A stretch of DNA of 64,000 nucleotides from NCBI GenBank assembly GCA_043809585.1, contig JBDROZ010000003.1:1-64000 (forward strand), in the 5' to 3' direction. The stretch's first letter is position 1, and each line of letters starts with the position of its first letter. A program made the position numbers and the translations under genes. This DNA is from Candidatus Eiseniibacteriota bacterium. Lineage in GTDB: Bacteria; Orphanbacterota; Orphanbacteria; Orphanbacterales; Orphanbacteraceae. The notes under the pieces are model-generated. The model was not told where the DNA came from and searched no databases. It was given only the letters and a program-made list of their open reading frames with translations. Of the stretch, positions 38,389-47,480 are shown piece after piece.

Positions 38389-41055
38389 ATGAGCGAAGAA
38401 AGACGGGAGCGTCCGGCGGCGGAGAAGACGCCGGCGACCGAGCCGGCGAGGCCGGCCGAGGAAAAGCACGACGGATCGATCACCTACGGGAGCCGGTTCG
38501 ATTGGGCCGTGGCGGCCGCGGTGGTCCTCGTCTCGGGCATCGTCTATTACATGACCGCCGGGCGGGGCGCCCCGTTCTGGGATTGCGGCGAGTTCATTGC
38601 CTGCGCCTACATCCTCGGCATCCCCCATCCCCCCGGAGCGGCCCTCTTCGTCATGACCGGCCGGGTCGTCTCGTTGATCCCGTTCCTCGACACGGCGTTC
38701 CTCCTCAACCTCTTCTCGGGATTGTGCAGCGCCCTCGCGGTCGGATTCTGCTCTCTCGCCCTCTCCCGGGTGGTGCGCCGGCTCCGAGGCCGCGAAGCGT
38801 CGATGACAGACAGGGTCGTGCTCTACGCCGGGTCGATCCTCGGCTCCCTCTGCATGGCGTTCGGGTCCACCTACTGGTTCAACGCCGTGGAAGCGGAGGT
38901 GTACGGTCTCACCCTCCTCCTCGTCTCGCTCCTGATCTGGCTCACCGTGCTCTGGTACGAGAGGGCCCGGACGCCGGAGGGGAACCGGATCCTGATCCTC
39001 CAGACCTATCTGCTCTTCCTCGGGGCGACGAACCACATGCAGTCGTTCCTCCCGATCATCCCGCTTTTTCTCCTCGTGTTCATGGTCGACCGGAGCCGCC
39101 TGAAGAGCCCGGTCTTCTGGGCGGTCTTCCTCGTCCTGACCGCCGTGATCCACTCGACGTCTCAGTTTCTCTTCGGAACGCCCATCGCCTGCGCCCTCTT
39201 CTTCGTGGCGATGTTTTCCAGCCGGTATTCCGACAGCCGCCGCGACTACGCGATCATCATTCTATCCCTAGTCGTCGGAGTCGTTCTTTACTACATGGGA
39301 GGAATGAAAGTGGCCGCCGCCGTGGGAGGCGCGGTCCTCGTTCTCGGTGCCGTCATGGTCCGATCGCCTGGAAGCGCAAAAGCTTACACGCTGGCCGGAT
39401 CCCTTCTCCTCGCCGCCATGCTCGGCTACTCGCTCTACGCCTACGTGCCGATCCGGGCGGCCGAGAACCCCGCGATCAACGAGAACCACCCGAAGGACTG
39501 GAAGAACTTCAAGATGTTCCTCGAGCGGAAGCAGTATTCGGACAAGTCGATGTTCGAGCTGATGTTCACACGCAAGGGAACATGGGGCAACCAGTTCGGC
39601 GATTTTCACCGCATCGGTTTCTGGTACCACCTGAAGGACCAGTGGCTGCCGCACAGGAACTACGGCCTCTACCTGTTCATCCCGCTGCTCACCCTCGGGG
39701 GCGTCTGGGCGCTCTGGAAGCGGGACCGGAAGATCGGCCTCTACTTCCTCGGGAGCCTGCTCCTCTTCACCGTCGCCATGACCCTCTACCTCAATTTCTC
39801 GGACGACACGAAGGGCGTGAAGCTCGAGGTGCGTGACCGGGACTACTTCTACACGCCCGGCTTCGTCATGATCGCCTACATGACGGGCATCGGGTTTTCC
39901 TGGCTCCTCGGGGTGATCCTCTCGGCCCGGTTCGGGAGCCGCGCCCTCCGGGAGTCGGTCGTCGCCGGCCTGGCGATCATCTCCCTCGCCGTGCCGATCA
40001 CGACGGTGAAGGCCAAGTTCTACGAGCACGACCGCTCCCGGTTCTGGGTCGCCGAAGACCTGGCGTACAACATGCTCGTCGGGCTCCGGGAGAACGCCAT
40101 CCTTTTCACCGGAGGGGACAACGACACATTCCCTCTCTGGTACATCCAGGAGGTGCGGGGCTTCCGGAAGGACGTGCGCATCGTCAACCTGAGCCTCCTG
40201 AACACCCCCTGGTACATCAAGCAGCTGAAATACGAGGATCCGAAGGTCGCGATTCCGCTGAACGACCAGGAGATCGAGGGTCTCCGGGGCTACTACTCGC
40301 CCGGGGGGGAAATCGTCACGATCAAGGACATCGTGATGCCCCTCATCATCCGGGACAACATCAAGAACCGGGCCGTTTACTACGCCATCACCGTGCCCAC
40401 GTCGGACCAGGGGGCGGTCCAGAAAAAGCTGATCCAGGAAGGTCTCGTCAAGCGTATCGAGCCGGACCTCGAAGAAGAGTCGATCAACGTCAAGGAGATG
40501 GAGAAGAACTTCGGCGAAGGCCAGTACCGGTTCCGGGGTCTCGACGACCCGACCGTCTACAAGGACCGGGACACGCGACGCCTCCTCACGAACTACAACG
40601 CCTGCCTCTACAACTTGGCCCAGCTTTTCCAGCGGGCCGGGGAACCGGAGAAGGCGCAAAAGTACATCGCGATGCTCCGCTCCTGGCCCCACGACAACAT
40701 GGCGGGAAACCGGATGCTCGCCCTCCTCGCCGAAGGGCAGCAGGATTGGGAGATGGCGCTCCAGTACATCGGCCGGTGCCGGGAACTCGAGCCGGCGGAC
40801 GGCCTGAACTACGTGAAGGAGGCGGAATACCTCCGGAAGCTCGAAAGGACGGACGAGGCGATCGATCTGATCCTCGAAGCCCGGCGGTTCCTCCCCGAAG
40901 ACCGGACGGTCCTCGGCGCCGTGATCCGGACCCTCACCGGCACGAACCGGGAGGGGGAGATCACCTCTCATCTCGAGGATTGGGTTTCGCGGCACCCCGA
41001 GGACGAAGGGGTGAAGCAGGCACTGCAGACGTACTACCGGGGAGCCGGGGACTAG
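38389..41055 (+). CDS. DUF2723 (TMEM260-like) multi-pass membrane protein with C-terminal TPRs; probable GT-C glycosyltransferase
   Basis: FWDCGEFIA...LGIPHPPG, AVEAEVY, RDRDYFY, GDNDTFPLWY.QEV. Confidence 0.88.
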   Translation: MSEERRERPAAEKTPATEPARPAEEKHDGSITYGSRFDWAVAAAVVLVSGIVYYMTAGRGAPFWDCGEFIACAYILGIPHPPGAALFVMTGRVVSLIPFLDTAFLLNLFSGLCSALAVGFCSLALSRVVRRLRGREASMTDRVVLYAGSILGSLCMAFGSTYWFNAVEAEVYGLTLLLVSLLIWLTVLWYERARTPEGNRILILQTYLLFLGATNHMQSFLPIIPLFLLVFMVDRSRLKSPVFWAVFLVLTAVIHSTSQFLFGTPIACALFFVAMFSSRYSDSRRDYAIIILSLVVGVVLYYMGGMKVAAAVGGAVLVLGAVMVRSPGSAKAYTLAGSLLLAAMLGYSLYAYVPIRAAENPAINENHPKDWKNFKMFLERKQYSDKSMFELMFTRKGTWGNQFGDFHRIGFWYHLKDQWLPHRNYGLYLFIPLLTLGGVWALWKRDRKIGLYFLGSLLLFTVAMTLYLNFSDDTKGVKLEVRDRDYFYTPGFVMIAYMTGIGFSWLLGVILSARFGSRALRESVVAGLAIISLAVPITTVKAKFYEHDRSRFWVAEDLAYNMLVGLRENAILFTGGDNDTFPLWYIQEVRGFRKDVRIVNLSLLNTPWYIKQLKYEDPKVAIPLNDQEIEGLRGYYSPGGEIVTIKDIVMPLIIRDNIKNRAVYYAITVPTSDQGAVQKKLIQEGLVKRIEPDLEEESINVKEMEKNFGEGQYRFRGLDDPTVYKDRDTRRLLTNYNACLYNLAQLFQRAGEPEKAQKYIAMLRSWPHDNMAGNRMLALLAEGQQDWEMALQYIGRCRELEPADGLNYVKEAEYLRKLERTDEAIDLILEARRFLPEDRTVLGAVIRTLTGTNREGEITSHLEDWVSRHPEDEGVKQALQTYYRGAGD

Positions 41056-41095
41056 GAACGCCGGGCGACGGCCGCCCCGTGGGGGAACGAGCCTC

Positions 41096-41932
41096 TTGTG
41101 CCACATGTACGGCTTCCTCGCATCCCAACCGACGCGCGTCGAGTGCGCCGCCATCCGCTCCCAGGAGGCTCTGGCCCGCCAGCGATACCGCCACTCACGG
41201 AATCTCCCCCGCGCCGTCGGGTGGGGGGCCGCGGTCTTTCAGGAAGGGGAGCCGGCCATCCAGCGCCGCGTGATCTCCAACCACGAGGAATTCCGCTTCG
41301 ATCCGAAGGTCGCCGCGGCCCACACCCACGCGGCGATCACCCACGTCCGGACGTCGACGGCGGGCAAGCCGGAGCGGAAGAACACGCACCCCTTCTTCTT
41401 CCTGAACTGGGCCTTCGCCCATGTCGGCACGGTGGAGAACTTCAACACCCTGCGCCGGGAACTGATGGGCGAGCTGAATCCCGAGTACCGGCGGGCCATC
41501 GGCGGCGCTACCGACTCGGAACACGCCTTCTTTCTATTCCTCTCCTATCTGAAGCGGTCCGCCGGCTCCGTCGGCGGTGAAACGCCGATCCACCGGGTGC
41601 GGGATTCCTTCATGAAGGCCCTCTCCATGCTGAACGAGATGACCGGCCGGTCCGGGTCGCTGATCCGTTCCCACCTGACCTTCTTCGCGACGAACCAGCA
41701 GGTGTTTCTCGCCTCCCGCCAGGGGGGTCCCCTTTACTGGCTCGAGCGGGACCGACCGGCGGTCTGCAAGGTCTGCGGCGAATCCCACGGGGTGGTCGCC
41801 TCCGGGGAGTCGTACCACGCGATCGTCCTCGCCACGGAACCCCTTTCGGGGGAAGAGTGGCGGGAGGTCCCGGAGGATCACTACCTCTTCGTCGATCCGG
41901 ACCTTGCCGTGGATGTCCTGCCGATCGAGTGA
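41096..41932 (+). CDS. Class II glutamine amidotransferase-family (EgtC/YafJ-like) protein
   Basis: N-terminal MC, GWG, HVRTST, NTHPF, TDSEH, ATEPLS..W. Confidence 0.85.
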   Translation: MCHMYGFLASQPTRVECAAIRSQEALARQRYRHSRNLPRAVGWGAAVFQEGEPAIQRRVISNHEEFRFDPKVAAAHTHAAITHVRTSTAGKPERKNTHPFFFLNWAFAHVGTVENFNTLRRELMGELNPEYRRAIGGATDSEHAFFLFLSYLKRSAGSVGGETPIHRVRDSFMKALSMLNEMTGRSGSLIRSHLTFFATNQQVFLASRQGGPLYWLERDRPAVCKVCGESHGVVASGESYHAIVLATEPLSGEEWREVPEDHYLFVDPDLAVDVLPIE

Positions 41933-42093
41933 GCGACGGGCGCCCCGATGGGGGTTGACGGTCGCGGGGGCCGATGCGATGATGGGCCCCGGTTGGACGG
42001 GCCGCCCCGTGGGCGCCCGGCCCGACTTCGATCCGAAGGGACTTCCGAGAAGGAGGCGGCCCGGCTACGCCTCGAGAAAGGATCCGAATCGAT

Positions 42094-42258
42094 ATGAAGG
42101 AATGCGAATGGTGCGGCGACGACTTCCGCGGCGAAGGCATCGTTCTCGGCACTCATCACTTCTGCTCCGATAACTGCCGCAACGAGTTCCGCAAAGACGT
42201 GGGCGACGAGGAGGCTTCGGCGAGGAGCACCGGGAGCCCGGACAAGAACGACATTTAG
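42094..42258 (+). CDS. 54-aa TRASH/YHS-like metal-binding microprotein
   Basis: Below the track cutoff: MKECEWCGDDFRGEGIVLGTHHFCSDNCRNEF...; CxxC-x16-CSxxC; AAGGA upstream. Confidence 0.7.
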   Translation: MKECEWCGDDFRGEGIVLGTHHFCSDNCRNEFRKDVGDEEASARSTGSPDKNDI

Positions 42259-42270
42259 TCCGGAATCGAC

Positions 42271-43716
42271 ATGAGCCGGAGAATCCAACGAGGGAGCGCG
42301 GCGGTCGGGATCGCCGCGCTCTTCTTCATCACCGCCGGATGCGGCGGCCTCGAGGAAGGGCCGAGGCCGAACGTCTTTCTCGTCACCGTCGAGTCGCTCC
42401 GGGCGGACCACGTGGGTGCCTATGGATACGCTCCGGAGACGACGCCGAACCTGGACCGGCTCGCCCGGGAGGGGACCCTGTTCCGGGACGCCCACGCCGT
42501 AACGAGCTGGACTCTCTCCTCCCACGCGACCCTCTTCACCGGACTTTACCCGTCCGCCCACCGGGTCATCGAGCCCCGCCATCGGCTCGCCGATTCGTAC
42601 GTCACCCTGGCCGAGCTCTTCCGGGACGCCGGCTACGAAACGGCGGGCTTCGTGAGCGGGCCTTTCCTCCGGACGCCCCACCGTCTAAGCCAGGGCTTCG
42701 AGATCTACGACGACTCCCCTTCGGCAGCCACCCAGGAGGGCGCCCACGAAGACGTGACCAATCCGGAGATGGAGCGGCTCCTCACGGCCTACTTCCGGGA
42801 AGGGCCGGGCCGAGAGCGCCCCTTCTTCCTCTTCGCCTATCTCTGGGATCCCCACTACGACTTCATCCCTCCCCCGCCGTACGACACGATGTTCACGGCC
42901 CCCGGCGCCGTCCCCTTCGACGCCACCGGCTTCGAGAGAAACCCCCGAATCCACCCGAACATGGACCCGGCGGACCTGAAGTGGATGATCGCCCAGTACG
43001 ACGGCGAGATCCGGTGCACCGACGATCTCCTCGGGCGCCTCTTCGCCCTCATGGAGGAGCTCGGCCTCTGGGAAAACACGATCGTGGCGGTCACGGCGGA
43101 CCACGGAGAGGAGTTCTTCGAGCACGGGACGAAAGGTCACAAGAACAACCTGTTCGTCGAGTCGGTCCACGTCCCCCTCGTAGTGAAATGGGCGGACTCG
43201 AGGCCGCCGGCGGAGGACGGGCGCCTCGCCGGGCTGATCGACCTCTACGAGACGCTCGCCGCGGCCGCCGGGATCGACGGTCCCGCGAACCACGGAATCG
43301 ATCTCGGGGCCCCCGCAGGGACGGTGCGGCCCCCCTTCTTCCAAGAGCTGGTGACGACCTTCTACGGCCGCGGGCCGTCGGGACGGACGGAGAAGAGAAG
43401 CGAGCCGTGGTGGGCGGTGCGGCGGGGGCCGTACAAGTTGATCAGCGCGGCCGCCCGGCGGATCAACTTCCTCTACGACCTTTCCTCGGACCCGCGGGAG
43501 CAGAGGCCGATCGAGACGGAGCGGCTTGATCAGATGGGGGAGATGCTCGGCCTTCTCGGTCCGTGGCAGTCGGAGATGCGCGCCTTCGCCTCCCGGCACG
43601 ACGAGGGGGGCGAGGCGAAGCTCACGGACGAAGAGGTGGATCGCCTCCGGGCTCTCGGTTACCTTTCCGACGGGGAGGATTCGACCGGCGGGGCCGAAGG
43701 GGAGACGGGACAGTGA
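42271..43716 (+). CDS. Sulfatase-like hydrolase/transferase (probable lipoprotein)
   Basis: PNVFLVTVESLRADH, SWTLSSHATLFTG, WDPHYD, YDGEI, ADHGEEF, RLRALGY. Confidence 0.88.
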   Translation: MSRRIQRGSAAVGIAALFFITAGCGGLEEGPRPNVFLVTVESLRADHVGAYGYAPETTPNLDRLAREGTLFRDAHAVTSWTLSSHATLFTGLYPSAHRVIEPRHRLADSYVTLAELFRDAGYETAGFVSGPFLRTPHRLSQGFEIYDDSPSAATQEGAHEDVTNPEMERLLTAYFREGPGRERPFFLFAYLWDPHYDFIPPPPYDTMFTAPGAVPFDATGFERNPRIHPNMDPADLKWMIAQYDGEIRCTDDLLGRLFALMEELGLWENTIVAVTADHGEEFFEHGTKGHKNNLFVESVHVPLVVKWADSRPPAEDGRLAGLIDLYETLAAAAGIDGPANHGIDLGAPAGTVRPPFFQELVTTFYGRGPSGRTEKRSEPWWAVRRGPYKLISAAARRINFLYDLSSDPREQRPIETERLDQMGEMLGLLGPWQSEMRAFASRHDEGGEAKLTDEEVDRLRALGYLSDGEDSTGGAEGETGQ

Positions 43717-45665
43717 GCGGACGGGGCAGCGAGGCGAAGGGAGCGGGGGCGGGCCCCATTCTCTGGCTTCTCTCCGGCATGACGCTGGGGGCGGCGGCGG
43801 GCTTGGCCGACGGGATGTTGCTCACCCGGGTCGTGCGGAGCATCACCCTTCCGAACTACCTGGTTCTCATGACCACCCTCCAGTACGCCATCCTCGGAGC
43901 GTCGTCGGGTCTCCTTTTCGGCATCCTGTCACGGCTTCTCCCTTCGGGGTCCCTCCGCCGGCGCCCCTTTGCCCTGCTCGTTCCCGTGACGCTCTTCATC
44001 CTTCTGGTGACGATCGGGAACCGGTTCTTCCTGCCCGGCGAGTCGGACCCGTCCAGCATCGCCTTCGATCTCGTCCTCCTCGTCCTCTGCGTTCTTCTCG
44101 TGGCCCTCTTCGCCCGTGACGGGGCCCGGCGGCCTCCTCCCGCGCTGAGGCGGGCGGGGGCGCTCCGGCTCGGGGCGACGGCGGCGATCATTCTCGCGGC
44201 GGCCTTCGCCTCCCGGGAGCGGCCGGGCGCGGGGGCGGGCGAGAAGAAAGGGGGGGCGTCCGGGCCGAATCTGATCATCCTCATGATCGACACGCTCCGG
44301 AACGATCACGTTTCCTGGAGCGGCTACGGACGCGCCACGACGCCCGCCCTCGACCGGATCGCCGGGGAGGGGACGATTCTCACCGGTCTCGTCACCCAGG
44401 CGCCCCACACGAAGGCGTCCTGCGCCTCGCTGCTCACGTCGCTCTACCCGGCGAGCCACACGGCGGTGGGAAACTCGGGGCTTCCCCGGTCCGCCCTCAC
44501 CCTCGCCGAGGTGCTCGGCGGCGCCGGCTACCGGACCTTCGGGGCCAGCGCGAACACGTTCATCACGCCGGTCTTCGGATTCGACCAAGGTTTCGATCGG
44601 CTGGTTACCCTCCCCCTGGTGACGGCGACGAAGAACGAGGTCGGATACCTCCTGCAGCGGATTTGCCGGCGGTTCGGGCGCTCAGCCCCCGCCGAGTGGC
44701 TGCTGGACCGGATGGTCGACTTCGAACAGCGGTGGTTCTGGAGCGTCCACCCCGAGGTGTCCGAGCTATCGGCCTCCCAGGTGATCGAACCGTTCCTGGA
44801 GTGGCTCGGGGAGGGGAGCGGCAGGGAGCCCTTCTTCGCCTACCTTCATTTTCTGGAGCCCCACTCCCTCTACGACCCGCCGCCCCCCTTCGACGCGAAG
44901 TTCGCCGGCGACTACCGGGGCGAGTCCGTGGTCAACCACCCGCCCACGGCGGGGCTCTTCTCCCCGAAGAGCGCCGCCCGCCCCCTTCCGGAGCCGGAGC
45001 GGCGGAACATGGTGGACCGGTACGACGGGGAGATTCTCTACCTCGACGGGGAGATCGCCCGGCTCGTGGAGCGCCTCCGGAAGAGCGGGGTCTCGGACCG
45101 CAGCCTTCTCGTAATCGTGGCCGATCACGGGGAGACCTTCTACGAGCACGGCATGTGGGGACACGGCCACTCGCTCTTCGACGAAGAACTTCGCGTCCCC
45201 CTGGCGGTGGTGATGCCCGGACGAATCCCGGCGGGGGGGCGGATCGACGGGACGGTCCGGATCGTCGACCTCATGCCCACCTTTCTCGATCTTCTCGGCG
45301 TTCCCGCCCCCGCCGGACTCCAGGGGGAGAGTTTCGCCGGCCTCCTCGAAGCGGGGCGTGGAGGGGAAGACCGCCCCGCGTACAGCGAGATCGAGTGGAG
45401 CGGTTGGCGATACGACAGCCTCCGGAAGGACGGGTTCAAGCTGATTCGGGGGCCGGGCGGTCCGTGGCTCTTCGATCTGGTGGGCGACCCGGGGGAGAAG
45501 GAGAACCTCGCCGGGACGCTCCCCGAGAAGACCGCCGAATTCCTCGCGGAGATCGACGCCCTCCGGAGCGCCTTCGAGGGGGCCCGGCTCGACCGGCAGG
45601 GAGAGGAAGAGGCGCTCGACGAGACCACGGTGGAGCGCCTCCGCGCCCTCGGGTATATCCAATGA
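43713..45665 (+). CDS. Membrane-anchored sulfatase-like hydrolase/transferase
   Basis: N-terminal TM segments; PNLIILMIDTLRNDH, PHTKASCASLLT, EPHSLY, YDGEI, ADHGE, RLRALGY; GTGA overlap. Confidence 0.88.
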   Translation: MSGRGSEAKGAGAGPILWLLSGMTLGAAAGLADGMLLTRVVRSITLPNYLVLMTTLQYAILGASSGLLFGILSRLLPSGSLRRRPFALLVPVTLFILLVTIGNRFFLPGESDPSSIAFDLVLLVLCVLLVALFARDGARRPPPALRRAGALRLGATAAIILAAAFASRERPGAGAGEKKGGASGPNLIILMIDTLRNDHVSWSGYGRATTPALDRIAGEGTILTGLVTQAPHTKASCASLLTSLYPASHTAVGNSGLPRSALTLAEVLGGAGYRTFGASANTFITPVFGFDQGFDRLVTLPLVTATKNEVGYLLQRICRRFGRSAPAEWLLDRMVDFEQRWFWSVHPEVSELSASQVIEPFLEWLGEGSGREPFFAYLHFLEPHSLYDPPPPFDAKFAGDYRGESVVNHPPTAGLFSPKSAARPLPEPERRNMVDRYDGEILYLDGEIARLVERLRKSGVSDRSLLVIVADHGETFYEHGMWGHGHSLFDEELRVPLAVVMPGRIPAGGRIDGTVRIVDLMPTFLDLLGVPAPAGLQGESFAGLLEAGRGGEDRPAYSEIEWSGWRYDSLRKDGFKLIRGPGGPWLFDLVGDPGEKENLAGTLPEKTAEFLAEIDALRSAFEGARLDRQGEEEALDETTVERLRALGYIQ

Positions 45666-45670
45666 GATGC

Positions 45671-45705
45671 AAAAAACCCGGCGAGGTCATGAAGACTTCG
45701 CCGGG
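45671..45705 (-). terminator. Intrinsic terminator for the sigma factor gene
   Basis: cccggcgaggtc/gacttcgccggg stem with an A6 tract on its left (U tract on the minus strand). Confidence 0.7.
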
Positions 45706-45755
45706 CTATGGATCCGAGCCTCGCCTGCCGGGGGAGGGTCTCGGTCTCGCGCTCG

Positions 45756-46622
45756 TCAGGCCATCAAGTAGGCCCGCAAGGACTCGCCCCTCGATCCATT
45801 GGCCAGCTTCTCGAGGGCTTTCTTCTTGATCTGCCGGACCCGCTCCCGGGAGAGGCTCATCCGTCCGCCGATCTCTTCCAGATTGAGCGTGCGGTCCGAA
45901 TCGATGCCGAAATAGAGCCGCACGACCTCCGCCTCCCGCTCGGTCAGCGTGTCCACGATTTCACGCACATGGCTCTGCATCCGGGTCTCGAGAAGGTCCG
46001 CGTCGGGGGGGGCGGCCTTCTCGTCCTTCACGTAGTCCCGAAGGCTGTTCTCGCCGTCGAAATCCTCCGGGCCTTCGAGAGAGAGGAACCGGCTGCTGAT
46101 TCCCATCAGGTTGTAGACGTCGTATTCGGAGAGGTTCATCGCCTCGGAGAGCTCGGCCACTGTCGGCTCCTGATGGAAGGTCTTCCAATAGTTGTTCATG
46201 TGCTTCGACATCTTCTGAAGCAGGATCTCTTTGTTCATGGGAAGGCGGATGGCGTGGGAGTTCTCGATCACCGCCTGCTGCATGCGCTGCTTGATCCACC
46301 AGACCGCGTAAGTCGTGAACTTGAAGCCACGCGACTCGTCGAACTTCTTCACCGCCTTGATCAGGCCGATGTTTCCTTCATTGACCAGGTCCGACAGCGG
46401 GAGGCCGCGATTCATGTACTTCTTGGCCACGTAGACCACGAAGCGAAGGTGGGCGAGCACGAGGGCGTGCATGGCCGACTCGTCCCCTTCCCGGGCCCGC
46501 TTGGCAAGGCCCCCTTTCTCTTCCTCGGGAACCGTCGGAATCTTCTGGATCTCCCTCAGGTAGAGGGTCATCGCCTTGTCTTCCTGGGCTCCGGAAGAGC
46601 GGCTCGAGTAGTCCATTCTCAC
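45756..46622 (-). CDS. RpoD/RpoS-family sigma-70 factor (lacking region 1.1)
   Basis: LYLREI, HLRFVVYVAKKY, DLVNEGNIGL, FTTYAVWWI, SRERVRQI. Confidence 0.92.
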   Translation of the reverse strand: MRMDYSSRSSGAQEDKAMTLYLREIQKIPTVPEEEKGGLAKRAREGDESAMHALVLAHLRFVVYVAKKYMNRGLPLSDLVNEGNIGLIKAVKKFDESRGFKFTTYAVWWIKQRMQQAVIENSHAIRLPMNKEILLQKMSKHMNNYWKTFHQEPTVAELSEAMNLSEYDVYNLMGISSRFLSLEGPEDFDGENSLRDYVKDEKAAPPDADLLETRMQSHVREIVDTLTEREAEVVRLYFGIDSDRTLNLEEIGGRMSLSRERVRQIKKKALEKLANGSRGESLRAYLMA

Positions 46623-46672
46623 ATCACGCTCCGATCTACGGACCGCGGGCGCCGCGGCCAGGGGGTGTCAAT

Positions 46673-47254
46673 CTACGGGGAGCGAAACTCGCTATGATCC
46701 GTGGGAGTTGAACCTCCGGACGCCGGCGCGGTTCCCTCCGCGCCCGGGGTCGAAAGGGCGGCCCGCTGGGAAAGATCCACCCAGCCGATATCCGCGTGCA
46801 GCCCCCGCACGAGCGACGGTTTCTCCACCGGGCGCTCCCGGGCGCAGTCCACGCACGCTTCTTTCGGTTTCGGGGCATCGCACTCCCGGCATACCTCGAG
46901 ATAGAGAAGCGATCGGTCCAGTTCCTTCTCCAGACTCTGAAGAGTCCGGATCGTCTTCCCGATCTGGTCCCGCTTCTCCGCGTACATCTCGCGCATCCGC
47001 GCCATCGCCTCGCGTCCGACCCGGACCTCGCCGATCGATCCGATCAGCTCCTGGATCTGAGTGAGGGAGAGCCCGAACGCCTGGAGGTGGGTGATCCACT
47101 CGAGCCGCTCCAAAGTCGACTCGGCGAAAATCCGGTAATGACCCTTAGTCCGCCCCAACGCGGAGATAAGCCCCATCTGCTCGTACAGATGGATCGCCCG
47201 AACGCTCTTTCCGCTCTCCCGGGCGAGTTCTCCCACTTTGAGGCAGCGATCCAT
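46673..47254 (-). CDS. MerR-family regulator with C-terminal Cys cluster
   Basis: KVGELARESGKSVRAIHLYEQMGLI...YRIF; CRECDAPKPKEACVDC. Confidence 0.88.
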   Translation of the reverse strand: MDRCLKVGELARESGKSVRAIHLYEQMGLISALGRTKGHYRIFAESTLERLEWITHLQAFGLSLTQIQELIGSIGEVRVGREAMARMREMYAEKRDQIGKTIRTLQSLEKELDRSLLYLEVCRECDAPKPKEACVDCARERPVEKPSLVRGLHADIGWVDLSQRAALSTPGAEGTAPASGGSTPTDHSEFRSP

Positions 47255-47272
47255 CGGTCACCTCCAGCCCTA

Positions 47273-47324
47273 ACCCTTACGTTAAGGTCAGGCCTAGAAT
47301 ACCATCGGCCTTCCCGCATGTCAA
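47273..47324 (-). promoter_or_regulatory. merR promoter with a downstream palindromic operator
   Basis: Minus strand TTGACA-17 nt-TATTCT (47324-47296); CCTTA-cgt-TAAGG at 47275-47287 near the predicted start site. Confidence 0.6.
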
Positions 47325-47480
47325 CATAAATGCTCACATTTTTTTGACTTCCGGGGAATCCCGTCAACGTGTTATAAAAAAACAGGTTATAAGAATATGC
47401 CCGGGGAGATTCTTCTCCGGTTCTCGGTTCGGCAGGTGAAGAACCCGCCGGTTTTTTTCGAAACTGACCCCGAATCGTCT

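Noticed and set aside
46636-46672. TTGACA upstream of the sigma gene as a MerR-type long-spacer promoter
   Set aside because: No plausible -10 box at 17-20 nt spacing.
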